In this document: positions 9,304 to 17,573 of the stretch, piece by piece
Numbering within the stretch: position 1 is the first letter of the stretch
How the letters are laid out: each line of letters begins with the position of its first letter
Assembly (NCBI GenBank): GCA_046484865.1
Contig: JAWOID010000082.1
Coordinates: forward strand, 1-64,000
Length of the DNA: 64,000 nt
Direction: 5' to 3'
Origin: Candidatus Krumholzibacteriia bacterium
Lineage (GTDB): Bacteria > Krumholzibacteriota > Krumholzibacteriia > LZORAL124-64-63
The notes under the pieces: generated by a model
What the model was told of the DNA's origin: nothing
Databases searched by the model: none
What the model saw: the letters and a program-made list of their open reading frames with translations, nothing else
Position numbers and translations under genes: made by a program

Positions 9304-10146
9304 ATGTCGGACCCGCTCCTGACCTTCCTCCACGTGGCCAAGACGGGCGGGCGGTCCGTCGAGACCGCGCTGCGCAGCACGTACGGGCTGCGATACGTGC
9401 ACGCGATACCGTGGCGTCGGCCGCTCGGGCCCGGCGAGGAAGGGCGGCCGCTGGCGACCGCGACCTACGATCACCGCGACTTCCGGCGCCTGCAGCGCCT
9501 CAGCCCCGGCATGCGGGCGGTCGGGGGACACGCCCTGACCGTGTGGTCGGGCCTGCACGAGCTGCGCCCGGTGCGCTACTTCGCCTTCCTGCGCGACCCG
9601 GTGCGCCGCATGGCCTCGCACTACCAGTTCCACCGGACCACCGTGTCCCGGCCCCTGGATCTCGACGCCTGGCTCCGCTGGCAGGAACCCCGGGAGCATC
9701 AGCTGAAGTTCTTCTCCCGGAGCGCCGATCCCCAGGAGGCGATCGAGACGATCCAGCGGCACGGGATCTTCATCGGGCTGCTGGAGGAGTTCGACGCCTC
9801 GCTGGTTCTGCTGCAGCGTCTCCTGGCGCCGGAACTCGCTCTCGGCTACCGGCGCACGAACCGCGCGGCGAACAACGAGGTCGCCCGGGCATTGCTCGAC
9901 GACCCCAAGGAGCGCGCCCGTCTGGCCACCATGGTGCGGGGGGAGCAGGTGCTGTACGACTGGGTGCGCAGCACCTGGTACCCGAGCCAGGTGGAACGGT
10001 ACGGCGCCGGTCTGGAGAGCGCGGTGGCGCGCCTGCAGGCCGAGCCCGAGGCGGGATTCAAGCGGTGGAACGACGCGCTCAACCGCGCCTGCGTGCGGTT
10101 CTGGTTCAACCCGTGGGTGCGTGCTCACCGCCGCCGTCAGGCGTGA
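9304..10146 (+). CDS. Sulfotransferase (Sulfotransfer_2 / galactose-3-O-sulfotransferase-like)
   Basis: FLHVAKTGGRS, FAFLRDPVRRMASHY and IGLLEEFDASL motifs. Confidence 0.82.
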   Translation: MSDPLLTFLHVAKTGGRSVETALRSTYGLRYVHAIPWRRPLGPGEEGRPLATATYDHRDFRRLQRLSPGMRAVGGHALTVWSGLHELRPVRYFAFLRDPVRRMASHYQFHRTTVSRPLDLDAWLRWQEPREHQLKFFSRSADPQEAIETIQRHGIFIGLLEEFDASLVLLQRLLAPELALGYRRTNRAANNEVARALLDDPKERARLATMVRGEQVLYDWVRSTWYPSQVERYGAGLESAVARLQAEPEAGFKRWNDALNRACVRFWFNPWVRAHRRRQA

Positions 10147-10311
10147 ATCCGCTCGCCGAGCTCGATCCGTGACGCGAGCGACGGCACTGTCCACCATCAG
10201 CGCGGGCGACACGGATCCGGCCGCTGCCCCGCCGTTGCGCATGTGCGCGCAGCGCATCAGACTGTGCGGGTGAGCCGGCGCGCCATCCCGACCCCAGCGA
10301 AAGCGAAACCG

Positions 10312-11544
10312 ATGCGCTCGTTCGGAGATCGCCCCGAAGACGGTCCCATGGACCCCGCGCGCCTCCAGGAGATCCTCGCCCGCAAGCGGGCGGAGGAGGC
10401 CGCGGCGCCAGGGGGACCGGCCCTGACCGAGGTGGAGCCCTTCCGCGTGCCCGCGCAGACCAGCGAGCTGGCCCGCGACATCCTCGACGCTGCGCCGGCA
10501 CGACGCCTGAGCGGCGGCGAGCTGCTGGTGCTGTTCGAGGAGGCTGCCTTGCCCGATCTCGCCGCCGCGGCGCATGCGTCGCGCCGGCTCCGGGCGGACC
10601 CGGAGGTCGCGACCTACCTCCTCGAGGCGAGCGTGGTCACCACCGGGCGCGCCGCCGGCCCCGGCGAGGGGGGCGCGGCGGCGGACGATCGCGAAGACCG
10701 CGCCCGTCTGCTCTCCCGCGACGAGGTCCTGGTGCAGTGCCGCACCGCCGCGCAAGCAGGCGGACATCGCATCCGTCTGCACGGCTCGTTCCACCCCGGG
10801 GCGAGCATCGAGTTCTGGGTGGAGTTGCTGGGTACGATCAGGGCGGAGTTCACCGAACTGCGTGTGCACGGTCTGTCGCCGGAGGAGGTCCAGCACGCCG
10901 CGCGGACGAGCGGGATGGCCACGCGGGAGGCGCTGGCGCACCTCCGGGCTGCCGGTCTCCACGGCCTCGCGGGCGACGCCGGGCTCCTGAGCGACCGCGT
11001 CCGCGCCCTGGTGACCCCTGATTCACGCTCCTCCGACGACTGGCTCGCGACCATGGAGGAGGCTCACGGCGTGGGTCTGGCGGGTGGACTGGGGATGGAG
11101 TTCCGGCACGTGGAGACTTACCCAGAACGGGTCGCGCACCTGATCCGCTCGCGCGAGAGCCAGGATCGCACCGGCGGGTACAGGGAGTTCGTCTCCCGGC
11201 CCATGCCGGACGACCATCCGCGGCTGGAGGAATGGCCGGAGTTCAGGGCTCAGGTGGAGAAGCACGGGCAAACCGCTGCGCTGGACCATCTGCGTACCCT
11301 CGCCATCAGCCGCATCGCGCTCGACAACTTGCCGGTGATCCAGTCGTCCTGCGATCTGCCGGGCGGGACGATCGGGCAGCTCGGCCTCCTGCACGGCGCC
11401 AGCGAGCTGCTGGTCACCCTGCCGGTGACGGCGGCCGCTCCCGAGGATATCGCGGGACGGCGTGCTCTCACGCCTGCCGACCTGGAGGCGCTGATCACCG
11501 GTGTCGGATTCCGCGCGATGTCGCGGTCGCAGGCAGGCTGGTGA
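10312..11544 (+). CDS. MqnC/CofH-like radical-SAM-fold protein lacking the CxxxCxxC motif (probable pseudoenzyme)
   Basis: Matches the MqnC pattern over its length (HGLSPEEV, WLATMEEAH, HVETYPERVAHL...QDRTGG, LRTLAISRIALDN...IQSS), but has only two Cys and no triad. Start could be 10312 or 10348. Confidence 0.75.
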   Translation: MRSFGDRPEDGPMDPARLQEILARKRAEEAAAPGGPALTEVEPFRVPAQTSELARDILDAAPARRLSGGELLVLFEEAALPDLAAAAHASRRLRADPEVATYLLEASVVTTGRAAGPGEGGAAADDREDRARLLSRDEVLVQCRTAAQAGGHRIRLHGSFHPGASIEFWVELLGTIRAEFTELRVHGLSPEEVQHAARTSGMATREALAHLRAAGLHGLAGDAGLLSDRVRALVTPDSRSSDDWLATMEEAHGVGLAGGLGMEFRHVETYPERVAHLIRSRESQDRTGGYREFVSRPMPDDHPRLEEWPEFRAQVEKHGQTAALDHLRTLAISRIALDNLPVIQSSCDLPGGTIGQLGLLHGASELLVTLPVTAAAPEDIAGRRALTPADLEALITGVGFRAMSRSQAGW

Positions 11545-11549
11545 GGGGG

Positions 11550-11597
11550 CGCACAGGCGTATCGCGCGACGGGAGAGGGTGCTCGGACAGAGCCTAG
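11550..11597. repeat. Partial copy (right half) of the CTAG-bounded palindromic element at 62989-63063
   Basis: 42/48 identical to 63016-63063 and ends in CTCGGACAGAGCCTAG; lies between convergent genes. Confidence 0.85.
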
Positions 11598-12883
11598 TCG
11601 AGCCGCAGCCACTCCGTCCCGTAGATCTTCGCCGGGAAGAGCACGGGCACCAGCCCGAAGAGGAACTGGCGCAGCTTCAGCGCCAGGTGGCTGGCCTCGT
11701 GCTGTCCGCAGACGGTACGCAGGAAGCTCTCGAGGGTGTGGATCTGGATCTCCACGCTGTACCGGTAGGGGGGGCGCTGCGGGTCGCGATCGGGCACGAG
11801 GAGGTCCAGGTCGCCCTTGAACACGCGGAAACCGCGGCCGCTGTGCCGGTTCAGCGGCACTCCCTCGGGCCGTGCCGCCAGCGTGTCGGTGACATTCCGC
11901 CAGCCGAACGGGGTGCCCAGGCCGGCGTCCAGGAGGCTGAGCAGGTCGTTGAGCGCCTCCTCGTCGTGGACGATGAACATGGCGCCCAGCAGGTCGGCCA
12001 CCTCGTCGGGGTTGTTGATCCCCTTGCGGATCATCTTGGAGAGGATGGAGCCGCTGGTATGATGGCGCATCTCGCCCCAGCGCACCCGTTCCAGCACGCG
12101 GTGCTGGCCGTCCACGATCTCGAAGCTCAGCGGATCCACCGAACGTTTGAAGCGGCAGTTGTAGTAGAGGATGTCCAGGGCCAGCTTCCGCCTCGCCACC
12201 GTCTTCTCCAGGAAGATCGACTGGAAGTGCCAGCGACTGTCGCCGTCGCCGGGCCGGGAGGTGTAGCGGATGGAGTCGCCGTCCTCGCCGATGTGGAAGC
12301 CCACGATCAGCTCGTGCACCTGCAGCGTGTGCCGCCAGAGCACGCCCTTGAGCAGCTCGTCGAAGTGCTCCAGGTGTCGCAGGCCCTCCACCACGTGGTG
12401 GCTGTGGGTGATGTCGAGCAGGAGCTTGGCGAGGTAGACCTTCCGCACCGCCTCGAACCGCAGACGCTGGTCGGGGGCGTGGAAGGCCAGCCCGAGCAGC
12501 TCGCGCAGGTCGTCGGTGCGGGTCACCTGGTCCAGCGGGCGCACGTGGCGCCGCGATTCACCGTCCGGCAGCAGGCGGATCGCGGAGGCCAGGTAGGCGT
12601 CGGACTCGCGCAGGTAGTCGGTCACCTGGCGGATGTCGCCGGGGCACGCCTCGCTCGCGCCGGGAAGGTGGTGCAGGGGGCGTAGCAGGCGGGCGGTCTC
12701 GCGGCAGTAGGAGAGATCGTCGTCGAGGATGCGTTCGTAGCTCATCTGCGCGAAGCGCAGCAGCCGCGACGGACGGCTGGTGAAATCCGGGTCCAGCATG
12801 GGATGAGCGCCGTAGTCGACGGACCAGTCGATGCGCCCGTTCGCGGGGCGTAGCTTCTCGCCGCTGATCCAGGACTGCTGCAT
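11594..12883 (-). CDS. RelA/SpoT synthetase-fold (TIGR04552-like) nucleotidyltransferase of unknown function
   Basis: 429 aa starting MQQSWISGEK; SILSKMIRK...EVADLLGAMFIV...SGRGFRVFK...VEIQIHT in the same order as RSH Syn1-4 motifs. Confidence 0.65.
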   Translation of the reverse strand: MQQSWISGEKLRPANGRIDWSVDYGAHPMLDPDFTSRPSRLLRFAQMSYERILDDDLSYCRETARLLRPLHHLPGASEACPGDIRQVTDYLRESDAYLASAIRLLPDGESRRHVRPLDQVTRTDDLRELLGLAFHAPDQRLRFEAVRKVYLAKLLLDITHSHHVVEGLRHLEHFDELLKGVLWRHTLQVHELIVGFHIGEDGDSIRYTSRPGDGDSRWHFQSIFLEKTVARRKLALDILYYNCRFKRSVDPLSFEIVDGQHRVLERVRWGEMRHHTSGSILSKMIRKGINNPDEVADLLGAMFIVHDEEALNDLLSLLDAGLGTPFGWRNVTDTLAARPEGVPLNRHSGRGFRVFKGDLDLLVPDRDPQRPPYRYSVEIQIHTLESFLRTVCGQHEASHLALKLRQFLFGLVPVLFPAKIYGTEWLRLD

Positions 12884-12999
12884 GCGCGCGGTTTCCCTCC
12901 CCGGCCGCGGACCACCCGGCTCCAGCGGGGCCGACCGGGCACTGGTACCCGGCCGGTCCCACGGAGTTCCGGACTGCGTCGCCGCCGGCCTGGACCCGG

Positions 13000-14184
13000 C
13001 TAGATGAGCGCCAGCACGCGCTCGAGATCCGCCTGCAGGTCGCGCCGATCCTCGCATCCCACGGCGATCCGCACCAGGTCGTCGCTGATCTCGGCGGCCT
13101 CGCGCTCCTCCCGCGGGAGACCCGCGTGGGTCATGCTGGCCGGGTGCTCGATGAGCGTCTCCACGCCGCCGAGGCTCACGGCCAGCGTCATGAGTTGCAC
13201 GTTGTCGATCACGGTCTTGCCGGCCTCGAGGCCCCCGTGGACGCCGAAGCTGAAGACGGCTCCACCCCCGCGCATCTGCCGCTGCATCAGCTCGTGCTGC
13301 GGATGGCTCTCCAGACCCGGATATCGGATCCAGGCCACCTTGGGATGGTTCTCCAGGAAGCGGGCGAGGTGGAGAGCGTTGGCCTGGGCGCATTCCATGC
13401 GCAGACCCAGGGTCTTGATGCCGCGCAGCACCAGCCACGCCTGATGGGGGTCCATCGTGCCCCCCATATTATAGTGGACCCGTCGGAGACGGGCGAGGAC
13501 TTCCTCGTCCCGCGCCGCCACGATGCCGGCCACCACGTCCGTGTGGCCGTTGATGAACTTGGTCATGGAGTGCAGGACGATGTCGGCGCCGAACTGCAGC
13601 GGATTCTGCAAGTAGGGCGACGCGAAGGTGTTGTCCACGCAGAGCCAGGCGCCGTGCTGGTGGGCGATCTCGGCACAGGCGGCCAGATCGGTGAGCTTCA
13701 GGGTGGGGTTGGCCGGCGTCTCCACGTACACCAGCTTCGTGTTCTCGCGCATGGCGGCCGCCACGTTCTCCGGGCGGGTGGAGTCCACGAAGGTGGCCTC
13801 GATGCCGAAGCGGGGGTACTCGGTCTCCAGCACGGTGCGGCTCGGGCCGTACAGCGATTCCGTGGCCACGACGTGACTCCCCTGGCCCAGCGCCGTCCAG
13901 TAGACCAGGTTCACGGCGGCCATGCCCGTCGCGCAACCGAGCGCGCCGCAGCCGCCCTCCAGCATCGCCACGTTGCGCTCCAGGGCTGCCGTGGTGGGGT
14001 TGCCCAGCCGCGTGTACTTGAAACCCGGCTCGCCGCGGAAGAGCGCGGCGCCGTGGTCCGCACTCTGGAAGGCGAAGGTGGAGGACTGGTAGATCGGCAC
14101 GGAGACGGCGCCGGTCACCGGATCGGATTCCTGCCCCGCATGGATGATGCGTGAGAGCATCTCGAGTTTGCTGGAGTCGTGCAT
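13000..14184 (-). CDS. megL: Methionine gamma-lyase / PLP-dependent transsulfuration enzyme
   Basis: PIYQSSTF, YTRLGNPT, ETPANP, DNTF, HSMTKFINGH (PLP Lys) and AVSLGGVETLIEHPASMTH. Start at MHDSSK. The exact family member is not certain. Confidence 0.85.
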   Translation of the reverse strand: MHDSSKLEMLSRIIHAGQESDPVTGAVSVPIYQSSTFAFQSADHGAALFRGEPGFKYTRLGNPTTAALERNVAMLEGGCGALGCATGMAAVNLVYWTALGQGSHVVATESLYGPSRTVLETEYPRFGIEATFVDSTRPENVAAAMRENTKLVYVETPANPTLKLTDLAACAEIAHQHGAWLCVDNTFASPYLQNPLQFGADIVLHSMTKFINGHTDVVAGIVAARDEEVLARLRRVHYNMGGTMDPHQAWLVLRGIKTLGLRMECAQANALHLARFLENHPKVAWIRYPGLESHPQHELMQRQMRGGGAVFSFGVHGGLEAGKTVIDNVQLMTLAVSLGGVETLIEHPASMTHAGLPREEREAAEISDDLVRIAVGCEDRRDLQADLERVLALI

Positions 14185-14405
14185 GAGAAGGCTTCCTTCC
14201 TGAGGCCGGCCGCTCGGGCGACGGGCGGACGGCGAGTGAAACCGGGCGGGGACCTGATGCGTTGAACAGATTCGGCTGGATGTACGGCCAGCGCCGCACC
14301 AATAATAGACCGTCCGCTCCGGCTCGCCAAATGCGGCCGCACGAATGTCGGCGGTGCCGTCCCTGTCGTGCCCCGGCGGTAACCCCATGGAACTGGAGGT
14401 TCTAC

Positions 14406-17400
14406 ATGAACACTCGGGTATGCGCGCGTCCCGCGGCGTGGCTGGCACTGCTGCTGGTGCTGCCGCTGCTGGCAGGCGCGGCCGAAACCGCTCGCGAGCG
14501 CTGGAACTACCTGCCGGCCGACGACATCGGCGCCGTCGACTTCCGCTCCGACCACCCGGGCTGGGACGGGCGCGGCGTGGTGGTCGCCATCCTCGACACC
14601 GGGGTGGACCCCCATGCTCCTGGCCTGGGGGAGACCAGCACCGGCCAGACCAAGCTCATCGACGCCCGCGACTTCAGCGGCGAGGGGCGCTGGGATGTGA
14701 TGGAGGCCGAGCTGGCCGATACACCCGCTCCGGGCAGCACCGGCGCCGCCGCCGCGCCCGGCGCGGTGTGGGTGCACGAGAGCGGGCTGCGTCTGCGCGG
14801 GGGTGACGCCCTGCCCGTGCCGCCCGCCGCCGGCGACGGAGCGCAACCCGTCTACATCGGCGTCATCGCCGAGCGGGCGTTCGTCAACATCGGCGACCTC
14901 GAGGATCTCAACGACGACGGCGACACCTCCGACCGCTTCGGGTTCCTGGTCTACACCGCTGCCCGTGCCGCCGTGGAGGAGGCCCTGGGCGTGGGCCGTG
15001 GCCACGAATTGCTCGGCGGGCTGAACGAGACCGCCCGCACCGCCGTGGAGCGCGAGCGGCGGAGCGACCGCGTCTGGCTCGTGGTGGTCGATACCGACGG
15101 CGACGGCGACCTCGCCGGCGAGGCGCTCCTGCGCGACTATCGCGTGAATCACGACAGCTTCACCCTGGTCGACCCGAGCGCCCCGGACGCGCGGCCGCTC
15201 ATGTCCTGGCAGGTGAACGTCACCGCCGGCAAGGGGCCGCTGGGCGAGCCGGAGGCTCCCGAGGTGGAGTTCCACTACGACTCCGGCTCCCACGGTTCCC
15301 ACTGCGCCGGCATCGCCGCCGGGCACGGGGTCAGCGGCCAGCCCGGCCTGGACGGCGTGGCCCCCGGCGCCTGGCTCATCTCCTGCAAGCTCGGCGACAA
15401 CCGGCTGGCCGGAGGCGCCACCCGCACCGGCTCCATGAAGAAGGCGTACGAGTACGCGGCCGAGTTCGGCGAGCGGTACGGACTGCCCGTCGTGGTGAAC
15501 ATGAGCTTCGGCATCAACAGCGTGGAGGAGGGCGAGGACACCATGGGCACGTGGCTCGACGAGTTCCTCGCCGAGCATCCCTCGCTCGTGGTCTGCACCA
15601 GCGCCGGCAACGAGGGACCCGGCCTCTCCACCATCGGCATTCCGGCCACCAGCGCGTCGGTGATCAGCTCCGGGGCGTACCTCTCGCCCGCCACCGGCCG
15701 CGACCTCTACAACGCGCAGCTGCAGCGGGAGACCCTCTTCGCCTTCTCCAGCCGCGGCGGCGAGACCGGCAAGCCGGACATCGTCGCGCCGGGGTCGGCG
15801 CTGAGCACCGTTCCGGGCTTCGTGGATGGCAGCGCCCGGTTCAACGGCACCAGCATGGCCAGCCCGCAGACCGCCGGCGCCGTGGCCTGCTTCATGAGCG
15901 GCGCCGCCGACGAGGGCCTGACAGTGCACTGGGGGATGGTGAAGCGCGCCCTCATCGCAGGCGCCCGCACCATCGAGGGCCTCACGGTCAACGACCAGGG
16001 CGGCGGTCTGGTGGCCATGGAGCCCACCTGGAGGATCCTGCGGGAGCTGGCGCGCAGCGAGAGCGCCCACCAGGTACTGGACTGGCGTCTCGAGACCGCC
16101 TGCCCGCTCCAGCATGACGGCAAGAGCGATGCGGCCTACTGGCGCACCCCCGGCGGCACCCCCGTGGCGCCCGAGGTGGTCACGTTCACCGTCTCGCCGG
16201 TCTTCCACCCCGACCTCACCCCGGAGCAGAAGGACACCTTCTTCCGCTCCTTCTCCCTGCGGAGCGAGGCCGACTGGCTGAAGATCATGGCCGGCAACCG
16301 GTACGTGCGCGGCGACATGGCCATGGAGGTGGTCCTGCAATACGACGGCCGGAGGCTGGAGGAGCCGGGCGAGCACGCGGCGCGCGTCATCGGCAGCCTG
16401 GACGGCGGCGACCTCTCGGGACTCGCCGCCCGCGAGTTCTACCTGCGCAACACGGTGGTGGTGGGCGAGCCCACGGGCCCGCAGCCAGGCTACGCCCGGA
16501 CCTGGCGGGGCGACGCGCTGCCCGCCTCCTGGGTGCGCAGCCACTACGTCGACGTCCCGTCGGGCGCGTCCGCCATGCGGGTCCGGCTCGAATGCAGCGA
16601 GGCCATCGGCGCCGGTCGCGGCGCGCGCGTGATCGCCGAGATCTGCGACCCCGAGGGGCACGTGCAGGGCGGCTGGACCGGTTACGCCGCCCCCGACGGC
16701 GAGCAGGTGAAGGACACCGTGATCCTGCGGCCGGCGCTCTACACCGGCACCTGGGAGATCAACATCGCCTCCGCCATCACCGCCCGGGACCCCTCGCCGT
16801 ACCGTCTGAGCGTGAGCTTCGACGGCTACGACGCGCCCGAGGCCGTCACGGAGCTGAAGCGCAGGGCCGCCGGCGAGGACGCCCGCACCACCTTCACCGT
16901 CACGCGCTCCCTGCCGGGTGCCTTCCGAGGCTCCGCCGAGGCGTCGATGGACGGGTTCCGGCGCCAGCGCACGGTGGAGGTGGAGGAGACGGACGAGTGG
17001 ACCCACACCTTCAAGCTGGACCGCGAGACGCCACGGGCGCGGTTCCGCCTGACCATGGAGAAGGAATTCGGCAATCTCTTCACCGACTGTGCCGTGAACA
17101 TCCTCGACAGCGACGGCAAGGCGGTGACCGCCACCGGCTTCGGCGGCCTGGCGGTGGAGGTCGGCACCCGCCTGCCCGACGGCGAGGACAGCGCGACCTT
17201 CACCCTGCAGGTGGTGGGCGCCTTCGCCCTGCCCCAGGACATGGCGGCGTGGGGTTTCGAGCTGGAGGAGACCTACCAGTTCGCCTCGGCCGTGTCCGGT
17301 GCGGTGAAGCGTGACGGCGGCGGCGCCCTGGAACTGTACGCCGGCGTACCCACCGAGGTGAGGGTGGCGTTCGCCGACAGCTGGCCGACGGCGCCCGACG

Positions 17401-17510
17401 GCCTGCACCCGTATGGCAAGGTGCGGTTCCTGGACCGCAACTATGACGATCGTGTGCCCGGCGACACGGCCGGCCGCCTCGTCCTGGAGGTGCCCATCCG
17501 GCTCGAGTAG
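14406..17510 (+). CDS. Secreted S8 serine peptidase, tripeptidyl-peptidase II-like
   Basis: Signal peptide; DGRGVVVAILDTGVDP, a long D-H insert, HGSHCAGIAAG, APGAWLISCKLGDNRL, SAGNEGP and NGTSMASP. GGAGG RBS upstream of ATG 14406. Confidence 0.88.
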   Translation: MNTRVCARPAAWLALLLVLPLLAGAAETARERWNYLPADDIGAVDFRSDHPGWDGRGVVVAILDTGVDPHAPGLGETSTGQTKLIDARDFSGEGRWDVMEAELADTPAPGSTGAAAAPGAVWVHESGLRLRGGDALPVPPAAGDGAQPVYIGVIAERAFVNIGDLEDLNDDGDTSDRFGFLVYTAARAAVEEALGVGRGHELLGGLNETARTAVERERRSDRVWLVVVDTDGDGDLAGEALLRDYRVNHDSFTLVDPSAPDARPLMSWQVNVTAGKGPLGEPEAPEVEFHYDSGSHGSHCAGIAAGHGVSGQPGLDGVAPGAWLISCKLGDNRLAGGATRTGSMKKAYEYAAEFGERYGLPVVVNMSFGINSVEEGEDTMGTWLDEFLAEHPSLVVCTSAGNEGPGLSTIGIPATSASVISSGAYLSPATGRDLYNAQLQRETLFAFSSRGGETGKPDIVAPGSALSTVPGFVDGSARFNGTSMASPQTAGAVACFMSGAADEGLTVHWGMVKRALIAGARTIEGLTVNDQGGGLVAMEPTWRILRELARSESAHQVLDWRLETACPLQHDGKSDAAYWRTPGGTPVAPEVVTFTVSPVFHPDLTPEQKDTFFRSFSLRSEADWLKIMAGNRYVRGDMAMEVVLQYDGRRLEEPGEHAARVIGSLDGGDLSGLAAREFYLRNTVVVGEPTGPQPGYARTWRGDALPASWVRSHYVDVPSGASAMRVRLECSEAIGAGRGARVIAEICDPEGHVQGGWTGYAAPDGEQVKDTVILRPALYTGTWEINIASAITARDPSPYRLSVSFDGYDAPEAVTELKRRAAGEDARTTFTVTRSLPGAFRGSAEASMDGFRRQRTVEVEETDEWTHTFKLDRETPRARFRLTMEKEFGNLFTDCAVNILDSDGKAVTATGFGGLAVEVGTRLPDGEDSATFTLQVVGAFALPQDMAAWGFELEETYQFASAVSGAVKRDGGGALELYAGVPTEVRVAFADSWPTAPDGLHPYGKVRFLDRNYDDRVPGDTAGRLVLEVPIRLE

Positions 17511-17534
17511 CCGCCGATCGAGCGGACGGATCCG

Positions 17535-17568
17535 GCGGGGGGTCGCAACCACGGTTGCGGCCCCCTGC
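17535..17568. terminator. GC-rich hairpin between convergent genes (likely bidirectional terminator)
   Basis: GCGGGGGGTCGCAAC-CACG-GTTGCGGCCCCCTGC: 15-bp stem with 2 G-U pairs; weak U-tracts. Confidence 0.65.
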
Positions 17569-17573
17569 TTCCG

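Noticed and set aside
10312..11544. Calling this gene a functional mqnC, or a pseudogene
   Set aside because: The Cys triad is absent in this frame and I saw no sign of it in the alternative frames, so it is not a functional MqnC. There are no stops or frameshifts either, so pseudogene status is unsupported.
14185..14405. SAM riboswitch upstream of megL
   Set aside because: No recognisable SAM-I/II core on the minus strand; it looks like a plain divergent promoter region. An Rfam scan would be decisive.
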